Assembly: GCA_026015185.1 (NCBI GenBank)
Contig: JAOZGX010000070.1
Location: forward strand, 2,378 to 66,377
DNA: 64,000 nt
Direction: 5' to 3'
Source of the DNA: Candidatus Bathyarchaeota archaeon
GTDB taxonomy: Archaea; Thermoproteota; Bathyarchaeia; 40CM-2-53-6; RBG-13-38-9
The stretch's first letter is position 1, and the number at the start of each line of letters is the position of its first letter. A model generated the notes under the pieces. The model did no database searches, was not told the DNA's origin, and saw only the letters and a list, made by a program, of their open reading frames with translations. This document shows positions 1 to 9,454 of the stretch, one piece after another. The position numbers and the translations under genes are program-made.

Positions 1-1127
1 ATGATCCCAGTAGCTTTCATTTTTCTGCCAATTCCTGCTAGTTGATCAAGGTCTCTAGATTCTACTGCATAAAGAAAGGCTCCTGCACAGAGGAAGAGAA
101 GGCTCTTCATAATTGCATGATTCATCACATGGAATATGCTGCCAGTTAATCCATAATATGTAGCTAATGATAGCCCAAATATTACATAACCCATCTGTGC
201 GATACTACTAAATGCCAATAATCTTTTGAGATCGGATTGTAGAAGTGCCATAATATTTCCGACTGTCATAGTCAATACTGCTAAAATCGCTAGGATAAAT
301 TGCCAATTATAAGTTCCAGGAATAAATATTATCATCAAAGTACGAATAAGAGCATATGCACCTACTTTAATAACAACACCAGAAAGCATAGCGCTTATTG
401 AGCTGGGAGCAGCTGGGTGAGCGTCAGGAAGCCATGAATGCATTGGAACAACAGAAGCTTTTATTCCAAAACCTATTATCATAAATGCCAATGCCAAAAT
501 TGACCAATAATTAATTGGCATTGTGGAGATTATTGAACCGAGATATGCGAAGTTTAGTGTTCCCGTCATTCCATAGAGCATCGACATTGCAAAGAGAACC
601 ATAACGCTACCGCTTGCACTCATTATTAAGTATTTGAATCCTGCTTCCACAGGCTCCCATTGACCTTTTCTAAAAGCAACTAGAACATAAGAAGTGATGC
701 ACATAATTTCCCAGAATATGAAGAATGTGAAAAAGTCTCCAGCAAAGACTACTCCTACCATACCAGCTACCATAAGCATCAGAAGAATATAGTATTCTGT
801 GAGTCCGCTATCTCTCTCCATATATCTTATTGAATAAATAGAAGTCAATAATCCTATGAAGACAAATAGTCCTGCCATAAAGATGCCTAAAGCATCTATT
901 TCAAAAATAGATGATATCGGCAAGAGACCATTAGCTACCGTAACTATAATTATTTTTCCAGATTTAATAGTCTCATAGAGTGTGTATATGAAATAGGACG
1001 CTATAATAAAAGCTAAAGTCGCCCAATAGTCGATTACCTTTCTAAAATTGATCTTAACACCGATCCAATAGATTATCGGAGCTAACAACGAGAAGATTAA
1101 AAGTGTATCAATTGGTCCTGTAAACAT
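1..1127 (-). CDS. nuoN: NADH-quinone oxidoreductase subunit N (antiporter-like), N-terminal part; continues past window start
   Basis: Minus-strand ATG at 1127 (MFTGPIDTLLIFSLLAPIIYWIG...). Polytopic membrane protein directly downstream of nuoL/nuoM in the operon. Open to the window edge. Confidence 0.55.
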   Translation of the reverse strand, partial: MFTGPIDTLLIFSLLAPIIYWIGVKINFRKVIDYWATLAFIIASYFIYTLYETIKSGKIIIVTVANGLLPISSIFEIDALGIFMAGLFVFIGLLTSIYSIRYMERDSGLTEYYILLMLMVAGMVGVVFAGDFFTFFIFWEIMCITSYVLVAFRKGQWEPVEAGFKYLIMSASGSVMVLFAMSMLYGMTGTLNFAYLGSIISTMPINYWSILALAFMIIGFGIKASVVPMHSWLPDAHPAAPSSISAMLSGVVIKVGAYALIRTLMIIFIPGTYNWQFILAILAVLTMTVGNIMALLQSDLKRLLAFSSIAQMGYVIFGLSLATYYGLTGSIFHVMNHAIMKSLLFLCAGAFLYAVESRDLDQLAGIGRKMKATGI

Positions 1128-1136
1128 TTTTCTTCA

Positions 1137-2615
1137 CTAACCTCCTATGAAAAGTTTGCCTATACTTTCTGCAGCGGGATACAATATCTCCATTGGAATA
1201 AGCGGGAAGATACCGTATATTATAGTAAAGAACGTGAGTATGCTTAGTGGTATGAGCATATAGATTGGGGCTTCTCTAACCTTGCTTAAACTTCTTGGTG
1301 ATGTTCCAAAAAAGACCTTCTTGATCATTCTCAAATAATAGCCCACAGTGATTATAGTTGCGATAATTGCTAAAGCACCAAGAAGCATATATTCTGCTTG
1401 GAAAGCTCCAGCAAATATCATCCACTCGCTAGCAAAACCTCCAAATGGTGGTGTTCCAGCTATGGATAAGGCGCCACATAAAGCAGCAACAGTGGTGATT
1501 GGCATCTTAGCCGCCAGACCGCCGAGCTTATTTATATCCCTAATTCCGGTTGTGTAAATTATTGCTCCTGCAACCATGAAGAGAAGTGCTTTTGCAATCC
1601 CATGATTTAGTATATGGAAAAGGCCTCCAGCTATTCCTAATGTATAAAGGCTCATTAACCCAAACACTATGTAACCAGCTTGACTTATGCTACTATAAGC
1701 TAAAAGTCTCTTGATGTCTGTTTGTGCGAAAGCCATTATGCCTCCCCAAAGCATTGTAATAACAGCCAAAATTAACAGTGCATGAGAGACTGTAATAACA
1801 GTTGATGAGAACATCGCTAAAGTGATTCTGGCCATGGCGTAAGCTCCACACTTTATCATGACACCGCTTAACAAAACACTGATAGGAGTGGGGGCTTCTG
1901 CGTGTGCATCCGGAAGCCAGGTATGTACTGGGAAGATGGCTAACTTAACGGCGAATCCGATAAACATCAATATCATTATCCATTTAAGGGAACTCAAAGG
2001 AGCTGTCTGCAATGCTGCAGAGAGTTGCATCATGTTGAATGTGCCTCCTAAAGCGTATGCCCAGAGTATACCAAAGAAAAGACATGCTGCTCCAGCATGC
2101 GTGAACATAAAATATTTAAATCCAATAATTCTGGGTCGTCCTGATCCCCAGTATGCTATCAGGAAATAGGATGGAATCAGCATCATTTCCCAGAACAAGT
2201 AGAAGAGAATTAAATTTGAAGCCAATACAACGCCTATCATACCTGCAACGAACAATAGCATACATGTAAAATAGATTTCTTGATCATGCTCATGAGTCAT
2301 ATATGTTATAGAATATAACGCAACCAATGTTGAGATGCCTGAAATTAACAGAACAATGGGTAAACTGAGGTAATCCATTAAGAAGCTTATATCTAGCTTG
2401 AATAAACCAATCCATACACCATAACTTTCTGTTATAGGGCCTGATGAGAGAACTGGATTCCAATATGATAGCAATAAGGCTGTTGATATTCCAAGTGCTA
2501 ATGTAGATAGAATTCCATTCCAAACTCTACCGATTTTTTTTCCTAAAAAGAAAGTTATTGGAGATGCAATAATAGGTATGAGTATTGCATAAAGCATTAG
2601 ATCATTATTCATCAT
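1137..2615 (-). CDS. nuoM: NADH-quinone oxidoreductase subunit M (antiporter-like)
   Basis: 492-aa polytopic membrane protein with NuoM/N/L-family conserved helices. It sits between nuoL and the terminal nuoN, matching the L-M-N order. Confidence 0.65.
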   Translation of the reverse strand: MMNNDLMLYAILIPIIASPITFFLGKKIGRVWNGILSTLALGISTALLLSYWNPVLSSGPITESYGVWIGLFKLDISFLMDYLSLPIVLLISGISTLVALYSITYMTHEHDQEIYFTCMLLFVAGMIGVVLASNLILFYLFWEMMLIPSYFLIAYWGSGRPRIIGFKYFMFTHAGAACLFFGILWAYALGGTFNMMQLSAALQTAPLSSLKWIMILMFIGFAVKLAIFPVHTWLPDAHAEAPTPISVLLSGVMIKCGAYAMARITLAMFSSTVITVSHALLILAVITMLWGGIMAFAQTDIKRLLAYSSISQAGYIVFGLMSLYTLGIAGGLFHILNHGIAKALLFMVAGAIIYTTGIRDINKLGGLAAKMPITTVAALCGALSIAGTPPFGGFASEWMIFAGAFQAEYMLLGALAIIATIITVGYYLRMIKKVFFGTSPRSLSKVREAPIYMLIPLSILTFFTIIYGIFPLIPMEILYPAAESIGKLFIGG

Positions 2616-2622
2616 TTTTTCA

Positions 2623-4482
2623 TCATCCTAGCATTATTAACATTAAAATCAGGATTCCAAGAAGCCCCACAAGTATGCCTGACATATTCATGCTTAGAAC
2701 ACCGGTATGAGTTGGTCTGAAATCTTGGCTTATCTTTTTAGAAACGTTAGCTACAAAATAATTGAAATTATCAATTATTTTTATCTCAATCCAATTGTAA
2801 AATAGACTTGTAAATTTCAAAAAGCCGTTTACAAAGATAGCATAATAAACTCTATCAAAGTAATAGCCTTCTGATAAGAGCTTCTGAAGCGCCCCTATTC
2901 CACCTGTTCGTGTACTCCTTGTTGATTTCGAACCTTTGAAATAAAGTATGTAAGCTGGAATAAATCCGACTAGAAGTATTACAATTGAAATAAGAATTGG
3001 AAATATCTCGATGCCAATTGCGTGTTCTATTCCCATATAATGTAAGAAGGATTCCTCAGAAAAGCCAGATATACAAGCTAATCCAGCCAGAATGATCATT
3101 GGAATTGTCATAACATATGGTGACTCATGTATATGGCTGGCTTTTTCTTTACCACGATACTTACCGAAGAATACTAGACCGAGCCATCTAAAACTATACG
3201 CAACAGTGAAAATAGAGGCCAGGATTATCAATCCTAATATCGGGTAAATATGACTTTCAAGTGCAGCCAAAATTATTAGATCTTTGCTCCAAAAACCATT
3301 AAAAGGCGGAACCCCAGAAAGAGCCAATATACCAATAAAGCTTGCTATGAAAGTGATCGGCATATATTTGCGAAGACCGCCCATTTTTGCTATATCGGTG
3401 GTCCCAACAGAATGCATTACAGATCCAGCACAAAGGAAGAGCAGTGCCTTGAAAATTGCATGGCTCATCACATGGAATTGACTTGCAAACCATCCAAGTG
3501 TAGTTCCTAATCCCAAGGCAGCTATCATCAAACCGAGCTGACTTATAGTTGAATAAGCAAGAACCCTTTTGATATCATTTGAGACTATTGCTATTGTTGC
3601 AGTCAGTAAAGCAGTTATACCGCCTATATAGGCGACTACAAGAAGCCATTCACTTATTCCCGAGAACAGAGTGAATGTCCTAGCTGTTAAATAAACTCCG
3701 GCTTTTACCATAGTTGCAGCGTGTATCAATGCGCTGACTGTGGTTGGGCCTTCCATAGCATCAGGTAACCATGTCTGTAAGGGAAATTGAGCAGATTTTC
3801 CAACAGCGCCTGCAAATATCAGCAACGATATCATTAAAAGCATAGAGAATGCTATCTTTCCCCCTTCTATGAATGCTTTGGAAGACATAAAGTCAAAAGA
3901 TCCAGTTAATGCAAAAAGCATTACAATGCCGATTAACATAAGGACGTCACCGGCCTTGGTTACAATGAATGCTTTCATTCCTGCATCAGATGCTTTTTTG
4001 GTCTTATACCAGAAACCTATCAAAGCATAAGAACACAATCCGACGATCTCCCAAAAGATAAAGAGTTGTAAAAAGTTATTTGCCATTACAAGTCCAACCA
4101 TACCACCTATGAAGAATAAGATGAAGAAATAATATCTTGTCAAACCTTCTTCGTGAGACATATAGCCTATAGAGTAAAGAACGATTAGAGCGCCTATACC
4201 CGCAGCAATGCTTGCCATAAATACGCTTAATGGATCAACATAGACCCCAACATTCAACCCTATTTGTGGAATCCAAGTAACTGACCAGTCTATTGGTTCT
4301 CCATGATGAGACATTATCATGGGGATCATTGAAAGCGCATATCCTGCAGTTACAAAGCTAACAACAACGGCAAACCAATTTCTTATCTTTTCCCCAAATT
4401 TTGCAAAAATAGGAACTAAAACAGAAGCTACCAAAGGAATTATCCATACAAGCCATGGCGCATATTCTTCATACGGTAACAT
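2623..4482 (-). CDS. nuoL: NADH-quinone oxidoreductase subunit L
   Basis: 619 aa, the longest antiporter-like subunit, with a C-terminal amphipathic extension. Lies immediately after nuoK. Confidence 0.8.
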   Translation of the reverse strand: MLPYEEYAPWLVWIIPLVASVLVPIFAKFGEKIRNWFAVVVSFVTAGYALSMIPMIMSHHGEPIDWSVTWIPQIGLNVGVYVDPLSVFMASIAAGIGALIVLYSIGYMSHEEGLTRYYFFILFFIGGMVGLVMANNFLQLFIFWEIVGLCSYALIGFWYKTKKASDAGMKAFIVTKAGDVLMLIGIVMLFALTGSFDFMSSKAFIEGGKIAFSMLLMISLLIFAGAVGKSAQFPLQTWLPDAMEGPTTVSALIHAATMVKAGVYLTARTFTLFSGISEWLLVVAYIGGITALLTATIAIVSNDIKRVLAYSTISQLGLMIAALGLGTTLGWFASQFHVMSHAIFKALLFLCAGSVMHSVGTTDIAKMGGLRKYMPITFIASFIGILALSGVPPFNGFWSKDLIILAALESHIYPILGLIILASIFTVAYSFRWLGLVFFGKYRGKEKASHIHESPYVMTIPMIILAGLACISGFSEESFLHYMGIEHAIGIEIFPILISIVILLVGFIPAYILYFKGSKSTRSTRTGGIGALQKLLSEGYYFDRVYYAIFVNGFLKFTSLFYNWIEIKIIDNFNYFVANVSKKISQDFRPTHTGVLSMNMSGILVGLLGILILMLIMLG

Positions 4483-4489
4483 TTCTAGA

Positions 4490-4807
4490 TCACCATCTCA
4501 ACCTACTTAGTTTTCTAACATCCAGGGTCTTGTAGTGCCTATATGCATAGACAGCTATTGTTAGCCCTACTGCGGCAATACATGCCCCAATTACTATCGA
4601 CATAATAACAATCGAATGACCTAAAGGATCTACAAATCCTTGTTTTGCATAAGCTGAAAAAGTAATAAAATTTAGGTTCGCAGCAGTTGTAATAATTTCT
4701 ATTCCAATTATTAATCTAATCATATTTCTTTTTACTGCTAAACAGTATAAACCAATTATCAATAGAATCAAAGATGTAGCCAAGTAGTAATTTAATTCTA
4801 TCATCAT
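4490..4807 (-). CDS. nuoK: NADH-quinone oxidoreductase subunit K
   Basis: 105-aa protein with three TM helices. Position between nuoJ and nuoL. Confidence 0.75.
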   Translation of the reverse strand: MMIELNYYLATSLILLIIGLYCLAVKRNMIRLIIGIEIITTAANLNFITFSAYAKQGFVDPLGHSIVIMSIVIGACIAAVGLTIAVYAYRHYKTLDVRKLSRLRW

Positions 4808-5092
4808 CTAATCCTCCTTCCTCCGTAAAGGCCTCAACATAGCTACACAACAAGCTGCAGATGCTAGAATAAGAAAAGCTTGAGCGATAAGGTCAAGGGA
4901 TCTCTGGTTCCATAGAATATCAGCGGTTTCTCGCCCAATATTCTCAGAAGAATCAATAAGCTGAGTGTCTACTACAGTTGTAGAGAATAATGGAAATCCA
5001 GTTGAGAATAGAATCGAAAAGATGACCGCAATTCCAACAGCAGTCAGAATTGTTCCAGTGATACTAGTCCAGTCAGCTTTTCCTCTTGCCAT
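4808..5092 (-). CDS. nuoJ: NADH-quinone oxidoreductase subunit J, C-terminal half (split gene)
   Basis: 94-aa membrane ORF starting one codon after the stop of the 5'-half ORF. It has its own GGAGG Shine-Dalgarno 9 nt upstream of the ATG. Confidence 0.5.
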   Translation of the reverse strand: MARGKADWTSITGTILTAVGIAVIFSILFSTGFPLFSTTVVDTQLIDSSENIGRETADILWNQRSLDLIAQAFLILASAACCVAMLRPLRRKED

Positions 5093-5338
5093 CTATTTTA
5101 CCTCCCTTCTACCTGTCAGCATAACAGCTGCTATGAAAAGAACTATAATAGCACCTGCATAGATCAATATTTGAAAAACAGCTACATATGGAGCATTAAG
5201 TAGCCAGAATAAAGCTCCCACACAAACGGACATACCAGCAAATGAAATTATAGCATAAAGAAGGTCTTTAAATTCTACAGTCAATAATGCTAATATGCAA
5301 GTAATAGCCAAAATCGCAATTTGAATTATTTCTAACAT
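5093..5338 (-). CDS. nuoJ: NADH-quinone oxidoreductase subunit J, N-terminal half (split gene)
   Basis: 81 aa with TM helices, in the nuoJ position between nuoI and nuoK. Confidence 0.55.
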   Translation of the reverse strand: MLEIIQIAILAITCILALLTVEFKDLLYAIISFAGMSVCVGALFWLLNAPYVAVFQILIYAGAIIVLFIAAVMLTGRREVK

Positions 5339-5355
5339 TTTAAAAATTCCGCCTT

Positions 5356-5727
5356 TTATTCAGTCTTTGGTCTTTTAAATAGAATCCACCTTTCTGATAC
5401 TTGTCCTGCATCCTTTACGCTTTGTGAGTCAGAAAGATCCCATTCGTGAGTTTGTACTATTGCGTTTCTAGGACATGATTCTACACATTGCCCACAATAA
5501 ACACATCGGCTAGGATACCATTTCATATCACAAGTCAATCCTTTTCCAACCATCTCAAGTGCGAAAGCTGGACAGTCATGAATACACATGCCGCAACCAA
5601 TGCACTTTGTCATATCAAACTCGATTTTTCCTCTAAAGCCATCTACTGGTTCAAACTTTTCAAAAGGATAGACAATTGTTGCGGGTTTCTTACCCAGATG
5701 TTTTAATAATTCACTTTCCATAGCCAT
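5356..5727 (-). CDS. nuoI: NADH-quinone oxidoreductase subunit I (2x[4Fe-4S] ferredoxin)
   Basis: Two CxxCxxCxxxCP motifs (CIGCGMCIHDCP and CVYCGQCVESCP). 123 aa. Confidence 0.85.
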   Translation of the reverse strand: MAMESELLKHLGKKPATIVYPFEKFEPVDGFRGKIEFDMTKCIGCGMCIHDCPAFALEMVGKGLTCDMKWYPSRCVYCGQCVESCPRNAIVQTHEWDLSDSQSVKDAGQVSERWILFKRPKTE

Positions 5728-5734
5728 TTTAAAC

Positions 5735-6685
5735 TTACCCCAAGATCAACTGTAGTATAATAATTTGAAGAATAGCCAAAGGTACTAAGTACTTCCAAGA
5801 GCCGCTTACCATTTGATCGATCCTGAATCTTGCGAATAGCGCCCTCAGATTTGATAATATTAGGACTACAAAAGTCGCTTTAATTAGGAACCAAATAATT
5901 CCTGGTACAATACTAATTGGACCTGTTGGCCCTCCTAAAAATAGAGCGGTAATTAGAGCCGCGGCCATAATTAATTCAAGGTCAAAGGAGAATCTAAGTA
6001 GTGCTAATTTTCTTCCGCTGTATTCAGTTTGCCAACCTGCAACTATCTCAGTCTCTGCTTCGGGAATATCAAACGGTATTTTTTCAAGTTCAGCAAGCAG
6101 TGCTACAATAGCTATGCCAAATCCAAGTGGATTCAAAGCGATTGCCCAAAGATTATTTTCTGCTTGCCATCTAACAATTTCAGTTATCGAGAGTGATTGC
6201 GCCAATATAGCTGGTCCTATAAAGGCTATAGCCAAAGGCACTTCGAAACCCAAAGTCTGAACTGCAGCTCTCAGACCACCTATAGTACTGAATCTATTAG
6301 TTGAACACCATCCACCTAAGAATGCCAGAATGGCAACTAAGCTCATAATGAATAATATGAATATGAGATCTCCTTCAAAATGTGTGAAGGCTTCAATTCC
6401 GGAAATCGGAATTAAGAAAAGTGCAGTTATTGAAATTGTTAAAAAGAGAATTGGTACTCCTCTAAAAATATACTTATCAACAGCCCTAGGCTCAATATCC
6501 TCTTTTGCTAGTAATTTTAAAAAATCAGCAAAAGGTTGTAGAAAACCTTGCCTTCCTGTATGCAAGGGACCATATCGATTCTGAAGTCTAGCATAAAATT
6601 TTCTATCTAACCATTGATAGAACAGAGCGAGAGAAAAAAGGAAGAATATTCCTGGAATTATTAATAATTTTAAAACTTCTATCAT
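5735..6685 (-). CDS. nuoH: NADH-quinone oxidoreductase subunit H
   Basis: 316-aa polytopic membrane protein in the NuoH/ND1 position and of matching size. Confidence 0.8.
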   Translation of the reverse strand: MIEVLKLLIIPGIFFLFSLALFYQWLDRKFYARLQNRYGPLHTGRQGFLQPFADFLKLLAKEDIEPRAVDKYIFRGVPILFLTISITALFLIPISGIEAFTHFEGDLIFILFIMSLVAILAFLGGWCSTNRFSTIGGLRAAVQTLGFEVPLAIAFIGPAILAQSLSITEIVRWQAENNLWAIALNPLGFGIAIVALLAELEKIPFDIPEAETEIVAGWQTEYSGRKLALLRFSFDLELIMAAALITALFLGGPTGPISIVPGIIWFLIKATFVVLILSNLRALFARFRIDQMVSGSWKYLVPLAILQIIILQLILG

Positions 6686-6688
6686 TTT

Positions 6689-7864
6689 TCATCGACCGTA
6701 GAATTTCTTTGCATGTTTTCTTAGTCGTTCCAAACTCCAAGTCCAAGTCTTGTCTGAATTAGCATCCACAAAGGTCATCCTATCAGTGCAACTCATACAG
6801 GGATCTATAGCCGCTAGAGTAATCGGAACATCAGCTACATATCCACCAATCAGCATCCTCGCCATAGAAGCCCAATTGCCCATTGTTGGAGCTCTGACTT
6901 TGTATCTTTCAGGTTTATCAGTGCCATTTGACTTGCAATAGTGTATATCTTCTCCTCTTGGAGCTTCAACTATGCTCACTCCTTCTCCTGGTGGAACTGA
7001 TCTAGGCGCTTTAATCCCTATTGGGCCACTAGGTAAGTGGCTTATTGCATAGTCAATGATCTTAATAGACTCTAATAATTCGTCTACTCTTACATATATT
7101 CTAGCAGCGACGTCACAAGAATCATAAGTTATAAGATCAAAAGGCATCTCATCATAAGCTGAATATGGATCGAACTTACGAACATCCTTTTTTACTCCAC
7201 TAGCTCTGGTCGTGGGTCCTACAGCGCATAACTCAACAGCATCCTTATATGGAAGTATACCTACACCAGCCGCTCTTTTTATTATCGTCTTTTCTGTAAG
7301 TCCAATTTTTTTGTAATATTCTGTCCTTTTTTTAAGAATTTTCATACCTTTTCTTAATTTTGATATAATCTCAGGAGTAAGATCTTTTCTGACTCCACCC
7401 AAAGTATTTGCTGCATGTAAAACACGATTACCTGTTATCTCTTCCATGAGATCTAGAGAGATCTCCCTATCGCGCCAACAATACATAAACAAAGTATCAA
7501 AACCTATTTCATGTGCTGCTACACCTAACCAAAGAAGATGGCTATGTATTCGTTCAAGTTCTGCAACTATGGTCCTTATGTAATGTGCTCTTGGAGGGAC
7601 TTCTATTTCCATCATTGATTCAATGTTATTGACATAACAAAGCTGATGGGCCATGGCGCATATGCCGCACACTCTTTCAATTAAATACATATTCTGAACG
7701 TATGTCCTGTTCTCAAATGCTTTCTCCCCACCGCGATGAACGTATCCTAAACGTATTTTTACATCAATAATTTCTTCGCCGTCAACTGTTAGCGTGAAGT
7801 TCTCTGGCTCTTTAAGCGCCGGATGTTGAGGACCAATTGGAACTGTATAGGTTGATTCAGACAT
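6689..7864 (-). CDS. nuoD: NADH-quinone oxidoreductase subunit D (49-kDa)
   Basis: 391 aa with NiFe-hydrogenase large-subunit-like features. Follows nuoC. Confidence 0.85.
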   Translation of the reverse strand: MSESTYTVPIGPQHPALKEPENFTLTVDGEEIIDVKIRLGYVHRGGEKAFENRTYVQNMYLIERVCGICAMAHQLCYVNNIESMMEIEVPPRAHYIRTIVAELERIHSHLLWLGVAAHEIGFDTLFMYCWRDREISLDLMEEITGNRVLHAANTLGGVRKDLTPEIISKLRKGMKILKKRTEYYKKIGLTEKTIIKRAAGVGILPYKDAVELCAVGPTTRASGVKKDVRKFDPYSAYDEMPFDLITYDSCDVAARIYVRVDELLESIKIIDYAISHLPSGPIGIKAPRSVPPGEGVSIVEAPRGEDIHYCKSNGTDKPERYKVRAPTMGNWASMARMLIGGYVADVPITLAAIDPCMSCTDRMTFVDANSDKTWTWSLERLRKHAKKFYGR

Positions 7865-7869
7865 TCAGC

Positions 7870-8385
7870 TTACTTCCTCATTCTATTAATCTTTGCTTTC
7901 AAATCTTCAACTTTCCACTCTTTTCTTAAAGGATAAACTCCAGAGGGCCATTTCTCTGGCAGAATTAAAGGTGATAAATCTGGATGGCCAGTAAATATTA
8001 CGCCAAATAATTCATGTACTTCTCTCTCGTATAACACTGAACCAGGAATTACTTTTATTAAAGTAGGTAATTTTGGATTTTCTTTTGGAACGTTAGCCCT
8101 AAGAGAGAGTGTAATAGCGAGATCACTTTCTTCTATTAAATGATAAATTACACCAAGTTCTTTTCCCAAATCTAAACCAGATATTGTAGAAACGTGTGTA
8201 AATCCCTTTTCATGAGCTAGATATTCTGCTACTTCTATTAAAGAATTCGAATCTATTGTTACAAAGACTCTTCTTGGTTTTTGAACCTTAGTCTCGATGA
8301 TCTTTTGACCAAATTTTTCTTTAAGCTCATCTACAATTTCTTGTTCTCGCTTGGTTTCAATCAATTTTTCATTACCCCGCTTCAA
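7870..8385 (-). CDS. nuoC: NADH-quinone oxidoreductase subunit C (30-kDa)
   Basis: 171 aa. Its 3' end overlaps nuoB; position in the operon. Confidence 0.7.
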   Translation of the reverse strand: MKRGNEKLIETKREQEIVDELKEKFGQKIIETKVQKPRRVFVTIDSNSLIEVAEYLAHEKGFTHVSTISGLDLGKELGVIYHLIEESDLAITLSLRANVPKENPKLPTLIKVIPGSVLYEREVHELFGVIFTGHPDLSPLILPEKWPSGVYPLRKEWKVEDLKAKINRMRK

Positions 8386-8794
8386 TTTTTTGAAGTAGTT
8401 TTACTGCACCGTCAATTATTGCTTGTGGACGAGGTGGACATCCTGGGACATAAACGTCTACAGGAATTACTTTATCTGCGCCTTCAAATACATTGTAACA
8501 ATTCTGGAAGACGCCACCGGAAAGAGCGCATGATCCTAGTGCCATTACGAACTTTGGTTCCGGCATTTGCTCGTATATCCTTACCAATCTATCTTTTATC
8601 TGCCTAGTGACAGTCCCTGTCAAAAGCATAACATCAGCATGTCTTGGGCTACCTTTAAGAATCATGCCAAACCTCTCGATATCATATCGAGGAATAAGTG
8701 CAGCCAAAACTTCTATGTCGCATCCATTACACCCACCAGCATTAAAGTGGAATACCCAAGGGGATTTTAATCTTGACCATTTTACTAAGTCCAA
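8372..8794 (-). CDS. nuoB: NADH-quinone oxidoreductase subunit B (20-kDa, N2 cluster)
   Basis: GCNGCDIE...GSCALSGG...PGCPPRP cysteine motifs typical of NuoB/PSST. Confidence 0.9.
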   Translation of the reverse strand: MDLVKWSRLKSPWVFHFNAGGCNGCDIEVLAALIPRYDIERFGMILKGSPRHADVMLLTGTVTRQIKDRLVRIYEQMPEPKFVMALGSCALSGGVFQNCYNVFEGADKVIPVDVYVPGCPPRPQAIIDGAVKLLQKIEAG

Positions 8795-8810
8795 TTACTT
8801 ACACAACCTT

Positions 8811-9143
8811 CTATCTTAGTTTCAATAAAGGTAGCAATACGACTACCGCCAATAACGTCACAATTGCATAAAACGCCGGGATAATTCCGGGATTCATAAA
8901 AGATGTAGCTAGAATGAAAGCTAAAATGTCAAAAATCATGAAATAAACAGCGTACACAAAGAAACTTTCCACATTCAGTTGTAGTTTTTCTGCTGGAAAA
9001 TCTTCACCGCATGCGTATGGAGCTAGTTTTCCTTTAGTCCTCGCTCCCTTAGGAGCAATTCTTCCCCCGATCCAATAAATCACTAAAGCGATAACCAACG
9101 ATATGAAAAGCACAAATGGTAGAGATGTAATTATATTTGCCAC
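8811..9143 (-). CDS. nuoA: NADH-quinone oxidoreductase subunit A
   Basis: 110 aa with three TM helices. First gene of the operon, with an AT-rich promoter region upstream. Confidence 0.7.
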   Translation of the reverse strand: MANIITSLPFVLFISLVIALVIYWIGGRIAPKGARTKGKLAPYACGEDFPAEKLQLNVESFFVYAVYFMIFDILAFILATSFMNPGIIPAFYAIVTLLAVVVLLPLLKLR

Positions 9144-9454
9144 GCCTTTTTCACGCCTTCCTATATTGATTTTTATGTTTTCACATTTCTCACCATTAAC
9201 TCATATATATATTTTCTTCCAGAAAGTCCGTGTTTTCTAAGATGTGAATGAATTAAAGGGCTTCATTTATTCAAATTAAGTAGATATAGAGTATTCATTT
9301 AACAGAAAAAGTAATTTTGGCTCCGCTCTGGTTTCATCGGTCATAATTCTCCAATACCAGCTTTCTTCATCGCCAATTTAGTAATAAATTGAAACTAGCT
9401 TATAGCAGTTTAGTTAAAAAAGAGGCATTCCATTAAAAATTCTAATTTATATAA

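Noticed and set aside
5085-5100. nuoJ split as a sequencing frameshift or pseudogene
   Set aside because: The two ORFs abut exactly (stop then ATG) in the same orientation. The second has its own GGAGG ribosome-binding site, which argues for a genuine two-gene arrangement.
8281-8607. Antisense ORFs embedded in annotated genes (8281..8607, 9816..10325, 10406..10849, 12948..13661, 20842..21279, 24510..24956, 33524..33859, 40983..41285, 47354..47728, 56769..57140, 61321..61777, 63526..63858)
   Set aside because: All lie opposite confidently identified genes, are low-complexity or AT-codon biased, and lack motifs. They are treated as spurious.
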